Assembly: GCF_009914755.1 (NCBI RefSeq)
Contig: NC_060931.1
Length of the DNA stretch: 64,000 nucleotides
From: the human T2T-CHM13v2.0 reference genome, Homo sapiens
Reading direction: 5' to 3' (one strand)
This document shows positions 47,723-62,420 of this stretch, in pieces (position 1 is the stretch's first letter; each line of letters opens with the position of its first letter). Made by a program: the position numbers and the translations under genes. The notes beneath the pieces are model-generated. The model was not told the origin of the DNA, made no database searches, and saw only the letters and a list, made by a program, of their open reading frames with translations.

Positions 47723-49993
47723 GTGATGTGATGTTGAAGAGCACTTGTCTGAATTGTTCCCATGTCGCAAACACTGTGATTTGGCCCAGAGTACACACAT
47801 TTCTTATTTTCCTCTAAATTTACTGATGAAATAAAATTCTTAGCTAAGAAAGGTTTGATCTCATTCAAACATGTTTTATGAAATTTGGTTGACATTTCAG
47901 TGTCTCTGACTTAAATGGAATATTGAAAATTTCCATGAATCCAAATAGAGTGTTATACATGAACAATCTTTTATAAAAACCCATTCTGAGGCAGAGTAAT
48001 ATTCATAAAATTTCTTCATAATATAGAAGAAATGTGTTAACTCTGTTCCCAGTAATCAACTCTGAACACTGAGCATTCTCAGTCCCCAGTATTCACCCTG
48101 AGTCATTCAGGAAAAATTGGTATCTCTGTGAGGAGACAGGTGTTTGGGGGAAGGTCACAACATTGCACATAAATGCTTTCTACATGCACCTGTTAGGATC
48201 TTAATCTAATTGGTCTATCATTTGCCTGGCTAGACAATTACTGAATCTAGTCACACTATTTTGTTTTTTGCAGCTAATGACATCTATTACCTATAAGTTT
48301 CATACAATAACTTGCTCAGCTGAAACATGAGTCTTTTGTTAATTTACCCTAAATTGAAGGACTACATTTGCAATTTCCAATCTCTGTGTTAAGGCAAATC
48401 AGAGAAGAGTAATATGTGTATTTAACATGCATTTTCTTGCATATTAAAATTCTTCTCACATTGGACACTCTAGGCAGCCACCTAAAAAACAGTCCCTCCT
48501 AACTTTTTAGCCAGGATATCAGATTTCAAAAGCTCAAGGACTTAATAATTGGCAAAGCCAAACTCTTGTCTTTGCTTCTTGACCATTTCAAAGAGCATGG
48601 CAATTATGCCAAGCCTTTGAAAGATGTGGTTCTGATGACTTTTATTTCAAATGTTTTCTCTGATTGTTAGTCTTATTGCATTAATCTAAGAGAAACTATC
48701 TACATAAAAATTTATGCATTCAAGAAATATTCATGTTACGGTGTTCAAAGTTCAATATTCTATTACAGAATAGTAGAATTCTCTAAAATTATAACGTCAG
48801 ATTATTATTAATAAATTGTTTTTTCAACATTTTCCAATGTGGAAATTAAAGAATTGGGTATGTTTTTTCATGATAAGTTCAATTCTAGGAGGGCACTCAC
48901 CTGTCTGCATGGCATTTTTGTCATGAATTATGTAAAACTGAGTTATCAGAATGGTGCAGAAATGCTAATTTAATCAGAATGAGAAAGAATTCAGCCTTGT
49001 TGGTAGACTGTTGGTATCCCAGAGGCTGACCATTTACTTCGGCTGTGTAGACATTGCTTCATAATGCCAGGGAGCCCTTGCAACCAAGTTGCCTTTGTTT
49101 CCCATCGATGTGGTCATGTTCTGGTCTCTGTTTTTCTTAAGCTGTCCCAGATGAGGGGTGATTATTTCTTGCATAAATGAGATCCCTTCTTTTTTCCCTG
49201 CCAAGAGATCCTCCTATTCTCCCTACTGAAAGCAATATGTTGAAGACAGAAATAGAGACAATATAAAAATATGTCCTTTGCCATGTGGCCAACATAAGCA
49301 GCTTACAATCTGGCTTACCTGGAAGTTTGACTAATTTCAGGGAAGCAGGGATGTTTTTCTATAATGTGCTCTTTCTCTTAAAAGCACCTCTGATTAAGTT
49401 TAGTCTAATCAAGATAATCTCTCTTATGATAAACAGGAAGCCAATTGATTAGTAACCTAATTACATGAATAATGTCCCGCCACAGTCACACATTTTCTCA
49501 CACTAAAAGGATTACACAGCAGGTGTGCACTGAAGTGGGAACCTGAGGGTCTTCTGAGAATTTTGCCTACCCACCTGAATAGATTTCTAAAATAGCCTTT
49601 TAGTTGCTTTTGTTGTCTAAGAAAACGAAGATATCATCTGCAAATAATAATTAATTTCACTGCTTTTCAATTTTATTCATTAAAATAATGATTTTTCTGG
49701 CTTATATGAAGTTATTTCTCATTTATATTATACATTCACATACATACCTATATAACAATACAAATGTGTCCATTTTTAATTTTTGTTAAATTTTTAAGAA
49801 TGGATGTTAAAGATAACTTATTTTCTGTTTGAAAGTGTTTTTATTGTTGTATTCAACAGTATTATCTCTGGAGTCAAAGTTCCTTGTGTTTTAATGCTGG
49901 CTCTGCTACTGTGAGCAGGTTATTTCTGTGGCTCTGTTTCTTTCTTTGTAAATTGAGGATAATAATAATACCTTTGTTATTAAGTTACTGAGT

Positions 49994-50372
49994 GTATTAG
50001 TCCATTCTCACACCGCTATGAGGGCATACCCAAGACTAGGTAAATTATAAAGGAAAGAGGTTAACTTGCCTCACAGTTCAGCATGACCAGGGAGGCCTCA
50101 GGAGATTTACAATCACAATGAAAGGGAAAACAAACATGTCCTTTTTTATACGGTGGCCAGAAGAGAAAAGGTGCTGAGCAAAAGGGAGAAAAGCCCCTTA
50201 TAAAACCATTAGACCTCATGCGAACTTACGCATTATCAAGACAACAGAATGAGGGTAACTCACTGCAGGATTCAATTACCTCCCACCAGGTGTCTCCCAT
50301 GACACATAGAAATTATGTGAACTACAATTCATAATGAGATTTGGCTGTGGACACAGCCAGACCATATCACTG
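49994..50372 (-). mobile_element. MaLR (THE1-type) solo LTR
   Basis: tgtattagtccattctca ... ggacacagccagaccatatca termini. Confidence 0.8.
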
Positions 50373-51229
50373 TGCGAACAAAATTTATTAACACATGTAT
50401 AGTATTATGGTTAATGCTCAGTACAAATTTGCTATTATTAATGAGATATTTATATGCTGAATTATGTTAATACATGCTTTCAAACAAATATTTTTCCATT
50501 ACACATTGAGTTTTCCAACCAATAGATGAATATATAAATTACAATTTTGTTCTAAATATGGTATATACATTTAGAATAATAGTATACACAATGGAACATT
50601 ATGTAGCCTTAAAAGGGGGAAACACTGTCAATTGAAAAAATATGGATAAATTTAGAGGATATTTTGCTAAGTACAAAAGCCAGACACACAAAGAAAAATA
50701 CTGCATGATTTCACTTATGTGTAGAATCTAATAAAGTTGAAATAACAAAGTAGAATGTGGAAAAATTGGTTATCAGAGGCTGTTGTTGATAAAAGAATGC
50801 AAAGTTTTACAGACAGGATAAAGAGGTTTTCAGATCTATTGCACATTAGGGCGATTATAATCAATGATAATGTAGGTATATTTCAAAATAACAGTAAGTT
50901 TTAATGTCTCACCACAAAAAATGATAGGTAAGTGAGGTGATAGATGTTAGTTAACTTGACTTAATTAGTCCATATTTTATACACGTATCAAAACATTACA
51001 CTGTACCACATAAATGTATACAATTTTAATTTGTCAACCAAATATCCCAGTAATACATGTGTTTTTTTTATTAACTTTAAAAAATAGGGCCAGAGAAATA
51101 AATGTTTCTTCATATCTCATAATTTCAGGAACAGTATACATGTATTTTTAATTACACATGGCTTATCACTCAATAAAATGTTAATTATCACTGTTCAGAA
51201 TAATACAATGCTTGCTTTCTTTTTTTTGA

Positions 51230-51388
<159 letters not shown>

Positions 51389-52019
51389 TAGTAGAGATGG
51401 GGTTTCTCAATGTTGGTCAGGCTGGTCTCAAACTCCCGACCTCAGGTGATCCGCCCGCCTCGGCCTTATGAAGTGCTGAGATTACAGGCATAAGCCACCA
51501 CGCCTGGTCTTATTTGATAATAGAATACTTTCAAAGACAGACTCTAAAGCAACTGTTTAAAGTAAAATTCTCTCAAGATAAATGATTTCCTTCACTTATA
51601 GAGAAAAGTTATTTAAATATTGATTTTAAACTACCTTTAAATTTATCAAGTGAACATAAAAAATTAGTTGGCAAAAAATAATTTATTAAACAAGTAGATC
51701 AGAAAACAATTTGCCTCTTTGCCTAATTTTAAAACTGAACAACACTCAGCATTTAAGTGTTTATTATCTGGCATTTCTAGAGTGGTAAAAAGCAGTACAA
51801 GATGAGGGATCTTTCTTTAGTATTTATATTCATGCTGTATGAGAATATATGAAAATTTGCCAAGGATAATATTAAAAATATCCATCGACTATTATAGTCC
51901 CAAACTGACCAATTAAAATGAACATGGATTGAACCCCCTGGTGTGGACACCTTGTTGTTCCCAGGCTTAACATTGGTTCTGATCTAAAACACTATACAAA
52001 TCACCAGAGCTAATAAATT

Positions 52020-52250
52020 TTCTGTACACTCACTATATGCTAGGCACTCTTCTGACACCTTTATTTGTATTAATTGCTTTAATTTTACCAAAAACCTAGG
52101 ATTTAGGTAGTGTTATCCTTACTGTAAAGATGAACAGTCAAGCACAGAGACGTCAAGAAACTACCTCCAGGTCACACAGCCCATAAGTGTCAGAACCAGG
52201 ATGCAATCAGAGACCACCAGATATTGAGTTTTAATATTAACCATTATGGC
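52020..52250. mobile_element. MIR fragment
   Basis: actatatgctaggcact ... gcacagaga ... ggtcacacagc core motifs. Confidence 0.55.
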
Positions 52251-52661
52251 CAGCCCCCTCACACTCAATGTTTTTTTTTCCATTTTTTATTTAACATTTT
52301 TAGTTTGAATTTTCTAATTTAGTAGAAATGAAGCAGAATTTAAAAACAACTTTTTTGACCCTTAGATAGTATGGAGAACTTCATTTTGCATTCAAAGTAC
52401 TCATAACAAAGCCTAACATAAATACTTTGGTTGGTAAACGCTTTCTAACCACGTCATTCCTCTCATTACTTAAGAGTCACTAATGATACTTTTGAAAAAT
52501 AGCTTTTACACTAAGAGCTACAATGAAGCTGGGTGCAGTGGCTCAAACCTATAATCCTAGGACTTTGGGAGGCCAGGCATGTGGATTACTTGAGGTCAGG
52601 AGTTTGAGACCAGGTTGGCCAATGTATTGAAACTCCATCTCTACTAAAAACATAAAAATTA

Positions 52662-52829
<168 letters not shown>

Positions 52830-53399
52830 CTATTATTTTATTTAAAATTTGTGATCTAAATGTACAACCTTATTCATTGAGTGCTCTAAAGTTCCTGAAA
52901 GTTTTGAAAACACTAATAAAAGAATACTTTTTCATATGGAATGATTAAAGAATATTGTTTTCTCAGTTACTAAAATGAAACAAATTAGAATTACTAATCA
53001 GTCGCTTACAATGTGGTTTTAAATGTTATTTAATGACCACATGTGTAGTTTCTTTGAGCTCATTTTAACAATTTATTTCTACTGCTTCTTCACTTCTGTT
53101 AGAAAATAATTAAAATTTATGTTACTAAATAGGTGTGAATTTTAATCTTAGTGATCATCTTAAAAGACCTTGTATACTTACGATCATAGAAACCCTTTTC
53201 ACTATTTACGTTTAGAAGAGAAATAATTGCTTTGCAGTAGACCAAACAGGGCAATTGTTGCTCAAAATGATCAGTGATTCCAACATTAGTACCATCATCT
53301 AGCTAGAACTTAGAGATATCTGCATGTTGAAATTGTTTTAACTTATAATATTTAGAAACCATAAATTTCTATAAAGAACTAAAAAATGTATCAATGCAT

Positions 53400-53860
53400 T
53401 TTCCTCAGTTTTTCTGTGCTGTTTGTTATTTAATTTGTCAGCAATAGCAATAGAAACTCTGCATATTGTGGGTCCAGCAGAGCATGGGACGAGCCAATGT
53501 GCTTTAGGGCTTTTACTTTCAGCTTGGGCACCTTTAGTTTCTGGTGCTGATGGCAATGTAATGGAAGACACTGAAAATCAGGTGTTGCCCTCTGTCACAT
53601 GATTGGTTGTGAACACAATAAATGTCTTTGCATGAAAAACAACTGAGTAAATGTTTTAACCCAAAAGCTGCCATAATCTCCAAAATTTTCCCAGAAAAAT
53701 GCCCAAAATGTTGGCTACACTTAGGTGACTAAGAGTGAAAACTATAGACTGTGAACCTCACCCACTCAAAAATAATCATAAAATAATGGAAAAATCTCTC
53801 AAGATTGTAACATTAATATGAAAAAAGAAATATTCCAAATTGTAAATCCACAGAGCTCAT
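53400..53860 (-). pseudogene. Decayed vomeronasal type-1 receptor (V1R/VN1R) fragment, N-terminus to about TM4
   Basis: Hand translation across frameshifts gives MSSVDLQFGIFLF, HLSVANILGIF, MAAFGLKHLLSCFSCK, FSVFHYIAISTRN, KLKVKALKHIGSS and LCW, in the order of the V1R motifs. Confidence 0.78.
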
Positions 53861-54574
53861 TTTATTTGCAACATTTAACATTCACACTAAAAAATACATG
53901 ATTCTGCATGAAAACATAAGTTGTGCTATAAATATATGATAAAAATTACATTTAATTATCCCTTAATATTAACTCTCTGATAAGTTTAATTTCTAAAATA
54001 TATTTTCTAACTAATTTTGTATATGCTACACTTTGTCTTAGAATCTAATAAAAAATTTTTACTAAGACAAACAGTGCTTCCTGATTTAATCTTCTCACCT
54101 GTAGACAGTGTATGCCTCTTATCTCAATTAAGTGATCTGGAAGTTACATCGAGAAGCTATAAATAAGCTCAAACTCCCAAGTTTAACACAGTTTTTCACC
54201 ATATTAAAAAATTCCAAACTTCTCATCAGAACCTACAAAGTACTGTGTGAAATGACATTGTACAGAGAGAACAGTGAGAAAGCTGTAGCCATAGTACAGA
54301 AAAAAGGGGAAGAGCTGTGATGGACACATCATTTGGATAGACATAAAAAGACACAAAACAAAAGATAATCAGAAAATTTAAAAAGCAGAATTTTTATTTA
54401 AATTCAGAGGCAGCCTGGGAACAGATGTCCTCTGCACATGCAGAATCAATGTTACAGTTTCACCATGAATATTTTCCATCTGTGGCTGAGAGTTACAAAG
54501 AAACTCCAGCAGGAATAATTATGGCTGATTATGAAGCATCTAGGACACAGACAGCCCTATCTTATATTTGTGCC

Positions 54575-55455
54575 TTAGTCTCTTTTTACACTGCTATAAA
54601 GATACTACCCAAGCCTGGATAATTTATGATGAAAGGAAGTTTAATTGACTCACAGTTCCACATGGCTGGGGAGGCCTCAGGAACCTTACAATAATGGGAG
54701 AGGGTGAAGGAGAAGCAGGTATCTTCTTCACTAGGTGGCAGGAGAGAGGGAAGGGAGGAAAAATTACCACTTATAAAACCATCTGATCTCATGAGAACTT
54801 ACTCACTATCATGAGAAGACCATGGGTATCATTCTGTTCCTGGCTCCTTCCAAATATAATGCTCTTTTTATATTTCAAAAGCAAACATACTTTCCCAACA
54901 GTCCCCCAGTGTCTTAACTCATTTTAGCATTAACGCAAAAGTCTACATACATCTGAGACAAGGCAAGTCCCTGCTGCCTATGGGCCTGTAAATCAAAAGC
55001 AAGTTAGTTACCCCCAAGATACAATAGGGGTACAGGCATTAGATAAATTCTATTTCAAATGGGAGAAATTGGCCCAAACCAAGGAGATACAGGCCCTATG
55101 TAAGTTTGAATTCCAACGGGTCGGGTCAGTCATTAAATCTTAAAGGTCTGAGATGATCTCATTTGACTCCATGTCTCACACGTGGATCATGCTGATGCGA
55201 AGGGTGGGCCCTCATGGCCTTGAGCAGCTCCTTCATGGACTGGAATTGAATGCCTGTGGCTTTTCCAGGTGCTCAGTGCAAGCTCATAGTGAATCTGGCA
55301 TTTTGGGGTCTGGAGTATAGTGGCCTTCTCACAACTCCAGTTGGCAGCTTCAGTGGGGACTCTGCATGAGAGCTCCAACCCCACATTTCCCTTCTGCATT
55401 GCCCTAGCGCAGGTTCTCCATGAGGGCTCTGCCCCTGCAGAAGACTTCTGCCTGA
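54575..55455 (-). mobile_element. MaLR LTR piece plus truncated internal (paralog of ~7620-8405)
   Basis: Near-identical to the copy A element up to ~55455. Confidence 0.8.
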
Positions 55456-55507
55456 ATACAAATTTGACCTATGGGAAAAAAAAAATTCTTCAACTTATTT
55501 GCAGTTA

Positions 55508-55861
<354 letters not shown>

Positions 55862-56599
55862 CTACATTAATAGTATATTGTTACCGTCTTTTACTTAGAA
55901 CCTTAAGATGGCAAATTAACACTTCGTTCAAAGCACTATAGTTTTATCATATTAAAAACAACTTTGTTTAATGAAAAAATTATGTTCACACATAATCTTT
56001 AAATTTTTAAAAAATTTATTGCATTTTATTTACATAAAAGTACAATTGATAAAATAATTTACTACTAATATTCAAACGTTTTCCTCTCACTAGAATTCAG
56101 AATATTACTCTGAACACCTGCCTTATACATCACTAAAACAATGTTAAGTCAACAACAAAGAGCCTCTCCATTTACATTTTCATTATGCATCTTACAACTT
56201 AATGTCCTTACTCTTCCATAGAAAAGTTCATGAATAATGGACATCTAATAAAAAACTATCTCTCATATCTCTGATGCAACAATCACACAAATACTTTCAC
56301 AACGGGAAGAAAGAATCAACATGAAGTAATCTGAGACTTCAGATACATTATTATTTGCTTTTCAGAAAATCTAATGTTTTTCACAGAAAAAGAAGCATAC
56401 CTCGAATGTAACTATAAATCTCTAAAAAAATCTACTTTACAATGTATATAGTGTTACCTTTGGACCTTTTTTACACTCAACACTCTGATTTAGTGTAATG
56501 TCTGAAGTTTCAGTGCCTTCATTCTTTCTATTGTGAATCCTCAAATGTTTATATAGACTTAATTTTTGATTAAATATATTTTCCCCATTTACTAGATCT

Positions 56600-58339
56600 G
56601 CAAAAATATTTAGCATAAACTGGTGTTTTCTAAGCTGTAGTTTTTGTACAAATGTTTTTTCACATTCATTACATTTTTAGACTTTCCAATATAAAGTCTC
56701 TGATGTTCAACAAAGTCTGAGCATCTGCTTCAGGGTTTTCCTTTAATATAAAATGTGCACAATAAAATCTGTAATGCAAGTAAAGGTACTACAATCCTCT
56801 TTTTGTAATGTTTGTCTTCAGAATAAATAGTCTTTAAAGACCTATATTTTCTGAAAGGTCTTTTTATAGTAATCACATTTATAATGTAATCACATTTATA
56901 ATGGATAGAGTCTTCCTGTCACCCAGGCTGTGGTGTAGTGGCTTGATCTTGGCTGACTGCAACCTCTGCCTTCCAGATTCAAGCAATTCTGCCTCAGCCT
57001 CCCGAGTAGCTGGGACTACAGGCACATGCCAACACACCCTGCTAATTTTTGTATTTTTAGTAGAGATGGGGTTTCACCATGTTGGCCACACTGGTCTTGA
57101 ACTCCTAACCTCATGATCCACCCACCTTAGCCTCCCAAAGTGCTGGAATTGTAGGCGTGAGCCACCACACCCGGCCTTTAATGCTTTTATTAAGTATGAA
57201 CTTTCTGATATTAAGATGTGAGTGGATATTAATGGCTTTTCACATTCTTGTATTTGTACAATTTTTCTCTAACATAAATCCTTTCTAGTGCAATAAGGTG
57301 TGAGAATTTGTTAAAAGTTTTGCCACATTCTTCATAGTTGTAGTTTTCTTCGGTATAAATTATCTTACCTACCATAAACGTGTGACTACCATTTAAAGGC
57401 CTTGCCACATTGAACACATTTCTAGAGTTTCTCACCAGTATGGTTTGTTTCTTAGAAAAGACTGAGGTGTGGTTAAATGCTCCATCACATTTTTTATGTA
57501 TGTGGAGTTTCTCTCCAGTATGAAATTGTTTAATTAATAAGGATGGAGAACCAGTTAAAGGCTTTGCCACATGTTTTTTTCTACAATTGCTGGGGTTCTC
57601 TCCAATATCAATTATCTTACATTTATTCAGGTTTAAGGACTTTTTAAAGACATTGCCATATTCCTTATTGTAGGGTTTCTCTTCGTATTAATTCTCATGT
57701 ATAATAAGGGTTCAAGACTAGTTGAAAGCTTTACCACATTCTTTGCTTTTGTAGGGCTTCTCCGTAGAAAGAATGATCAGATATTGTGTAAGGCCTGAGA
57801 TGTGCTTAAAGGTTCTGTCACATTTTTAACCCTTGTAGGGTCTCTCTAATACAAATTCTCTTAGGCTTTGGAAGGCTCAGGCAGGTGGATCACCTGAGGT
57901 CAGGAGTTCGAGACCAGCCTGCCCACCATGCTGAAACCCCATCTCTACCAAAAATACAAAAATCAGCCAGTGTGGTGGCATGCACCTGTAATCCCAGCTA
58001 CTCAGGTGACTGAGGCAGGAGAATCAATTGAACCAGGAAGGCAGAGGCTGCAGTGAGCCAAGATAGTGCCACTGCACTCCTGCCTGGGTGAAAAAGTGAG
58101 ATTCCATCTTTAAAAAAAATTGTTTTTAAAAATAAATTCTCTTAGGTTCATTAAGGTGTGAGGGCTGGTTAAAGGCTTTGTTACATTTTTTTACATTTAC
58201 AAGATTTTTGTCCAATATGAATTCCCTTATGTACAATAAAGGTTTGGAACTGGTTAAAGGCCTGGTCAAATTCTCCACACTTGTAGTGATTTTTTTTTCC
58301 AGTATAAATAATTTTATGTATTATAAGGCCTGAAGGCTG

Positions 58340-58340
<1 letters not shown>
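56600..58340 (-). other. Decayed finger tail of the ZNF pseudogene (paralog of 11400-13143)
   Basis: Colinear with copy A, including both Alus. Confidence 0.75.
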
Positions 58341-59298
<958 letters not shown>

Positions 59299-59970
59299 CT
59301 AAAAATAAATAAATAAATAAATTATACCACTTATTAGACTCAGGTAAGCATACTCTATGAATACAAAATATAAAATTATACCAAGCACAATAAAATGGCA
59401 TAATACCACAAGCCCAAATTCCTTAATAGACATGTAAACTTAACAAAAATATATTGACGAAAATGCCATTGTAACAGCTCTAAAAACCAGTTAAAAGATT
59501 GCAGTGCCACAGATGAGAATGATGCCAAAAGCCACATAGAAGACAAAAGAACATTTGTTACATTTATCCACCACAGCCATACCTCCTCCCCAATACAAAA
59601 TAATGCCTTTAAGTGTAAACTCTCGACTCCTGGCTTCTCTCTCAAAAGTGAAAAAAAAAAAATAGTGGCACATGTGTCCATACTTCTGGCTTTGAGGGGT
59701 CTTTCCAAAGACTGGTTTCTGTCTACCGTGACACAGAGTGCTGAAAGAAATGGTGCTATACTTTGAATGTCAGGTTAGTGTCTATGAGACAAAAGGTAAA
59801 TGATTGTTACAGCACAGAGAGACTGTAGGACCACAGACAAACAGCAGGTGTACCAACTAATTACAGGCTCTTCAGCAGGAACATGGGCAAATCCACATAA
59901 CTCAATAAACGGAACACAAATCTAGGGAAGAGACATCTTAAGAACAGGTTTGAGAAATTCTCAATATCTA

Positions 59971-60255
59971 GCCTGGCTCACTTTGGGAGGCTGAGGCAGG
60001 TGGATCACGAGGTCAGGAGATCGAGACCATCCTGGATAACATGGTGAAACCCCATCTCTAATAAAAATACAAAAAAAATAATTAGCTGGGCATGGTGGCG
60101 GGCACCTGTAGTCCCAGCTACTCAGGAGGCTGAAGCAGGAGAATCGCGTGAACCTGTGAGGTGGAGCTTGCAGTGAGCTGAGATCGCGCTTCTGCACTCC
60201 ATCCAGCTTGGGTGACAAAGCGAGACTCCGTCTCAAAAAAAAAAAAAAAAAAAAA
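59971..60255 (+). mobile_element. AluY-like element at the NUMT junction
   Basis: ggatcacgaggtcaggagatcgagaccatcctgg, ggagcttgcagtgag; A-tail runs into tRNA-Lys. Confidence 0.88.
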
Positions 60256-60316
60256 GCTACCCCAGTGTTAACCTTTTCAGTTAAAGGCTGAGAGAAATCA
60301 CACCTCTCTACAGAGA
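60253..60316 (+). pseudogene. mt-tRNA-Lys remnant (5' end missing)
   Basis: aaagcta...ttaaccttttcagttaaag...cacctctctacagaga immediately before ATP8. Confidence 0.75.
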
Positions 60317-60523
60317 ATGCCTCAACTAGATACTTCCACATGACCTATTATTATTATATCAACAATCATAACTTTATTCTCCGTTATTCAATTAAAACTA
60401 CCAAAGTTCATTTACCACACACCCCCTACACCAAAAATAATTAAAACACAAAAACATAACAACCCTTGACAACTAAAATGAACGAAAATCTGCTCACCTC
60501 ATTTACTGCCCCGACAATCCTCG
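60317..60523 (+). pseudogene. MT-ATP8 pseudogene
   Basis: atgcctcaactagatac (MPQLD), overlapping the ATP6 start. Confidence 0.88.
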
Positions 60524-61158
60524 GTTTACCCGCAGCAGCACTAATCATCTTGTTTCTCACCACACTGCTTCCAATCTCCAACTATCTAATCAATAACTGA
60601 TTGATTTCTATTCAACAATCACTAGTTCAACTTGTTCTAAAACAAATAATAATCACACATACTATTAAAGGATGAACCTGATCCCTTATACTAATATCCC
60701 TAATTCTCTTTATTGCCTTAACCAATCTCCTTGGGCTTCTACCCCACTCATTTACACCGACTACCCAACTATCAATAAATCTAGGTATAACAATCCCCTT
60801 ATGAGCAGGCACAGTAATCACAGCCTTCCACTTTAAAACTAAAAACTCCTTAGCTCACTTCCTACCACAAGGCACACCCATACTACTTACCCCTATACTA
60901 GTAATCATCAAAACCACTAGTCTACTTATTCAACCAATGGCACTAGCTGTACATTTAACAGCCAACATTACAGCCGGTCACTTACTCATACACTTAATTG
61001 GAGGAGCCACGCTAGTATTATCAATTATTAACCTTCCCACAGCTTCAAACACCCTTATTATTCGAATTCTATTGACCACTCTCGAATTCGCTGTGGCCCT
61101 TATCCAAGCTTATGCCTTTACGCTATTAGTAAGCCTTTATTTATATGACAACACATAA
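60478..61158 (+). pseudogene. MT-ATP6 pseudogene
   Basis: MNENL...YLYDNT-stop, 681 nt. Confidence 0.95.
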
Positions 61159-61934
61159 TGACCCACCAAACACACACCTATCATTTCGTCAAACTCAGCC
61201 CTTAACAAGGGCTCTCTCCTCTCTCCTAGTTACATCCAGCTTAGCTATATGATTTCACTTTAACTCTATTACTCTTTTAACCTTAGGCCTACTAAACAAT
61301 ACACTGACTATATATCAATGGTGACATGACATTATCTGAGAAAGTACATTTCAAGGCCACCATACAACAATTGTCCAAAAAGGCATCTGATATGGAATAG
61401 TACTATTTATTATCTCAGAAGTATTTTTCTTTGCTGGATTTTTCTGGGCATTCTACCATTCTAGTCTAGCCCCAATTCCAGAACTAGGAAGACACTGACC
61501 CCCAACAAGCATTTCTCCCCTTGACCCTCTGGAAGTACTCCTCCCGAATACATCTGTATTACTTGCATCAGGGGTTTCAATTACCTGAGCCCATCACAGC
61601 CTAATAGAAAATAATCGAAAACAAATAATTCAAGCACTACTTATCACAATTACCTTACGTATTTACTTCACCCTCCTACAAGTCTCAGAATACTTTGAGG
61701 CTCCCTTTGCTATTTCTGATGGAATTTATGGCCCAACATTCTTTACACCTACAGGCTTTCACGGACTTCACATCATTATTGGATCAACATTCCTCACTAT
61801 CTGTCTCCCCTGCAAATTAAAATACCACTTTACATCTAGCCATCACTTTGGCTTTGAAGACGCCACCTGATATTGACACTTTGTAGATGTAGTATGACTA
61901 TTCTTGTATATTTCTATTTACTGATGAGGATCTT
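61158..61934 (+). pseudogene. MT-CO3 pseudogene
   Basis: atgacccaccaaaca ... tgatgaggatctt; small deletion near 61200 shifts the frame. Confidence 0.93.
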
Positions 61935-62002
61935 ACTCTTTTAGTATAAACAGTACCACTGACTTCCAATCATTTAGTTTGGACAACATCCGAAAAAGAG
62001 TA
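61935..62002 (+). pseudogene. mt-tRNA-Gly pseudogene
   Basis: actcttttagtataa ... gacttccaat (TCC anticodon) ... aaaaagagta. Confidence 0.85.
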
Positions 62003-62353
62003 ATTAACCTAATACTAGCCTTAGTAATCAACACCCTATTAGCCCTATCACTAACAGTTATTACATTTTGGCTCCCACTACTTAATATTTATATAAAAAA
62101 AATCCAGCCCCTACGAATGCGGATTTGACCTGTTATCCTCCGCCCACATTCCTTTCTCCATAAAATTTTTTCTAATAGCCATCACATTCCCCCTATTTGA
62201 CTTAGAAATCGCCCTACTACTTACTACCCTTGCCATAAGCCCTTCAAACAAGCAATCTGACACTAACAAACAGCACAGCCCTTATACTAGTTATCATTTT
62301 AGTCCTAGGGTTAACTGATGAATGAACTCAAAAAGGATTAGATTGAACTGAAT
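62003..62353 (+). pseudogene. MT-ND3 pseudogene
   Basis: ccctacgaatgcggatttgacc (PYECGFD), tttgacttagaaatcgcc (FDLEIA); indels. Confidence 0.9.
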
Positions 62354-62420
62354 TGGTAGATAGTTTAAGCCAAAATAAATGATTTTGACTCATTAGATTA
62401 TGATACAACATATTTACCAA
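62354..62420 (+). pseudogene. mt-tRNA-Arg pseudogene
   Basis: Lies between ND3 and ND4L; tggtagatagtttaa ... tatttaccaa. Confidence 0.85.

Noticed and set aside
54130-54560. Possible second V1R remnant (QPQMENIHG-like stretch on the minus strand)
   Set aside because: Only one weak motif; cannot be supported without an HMM search
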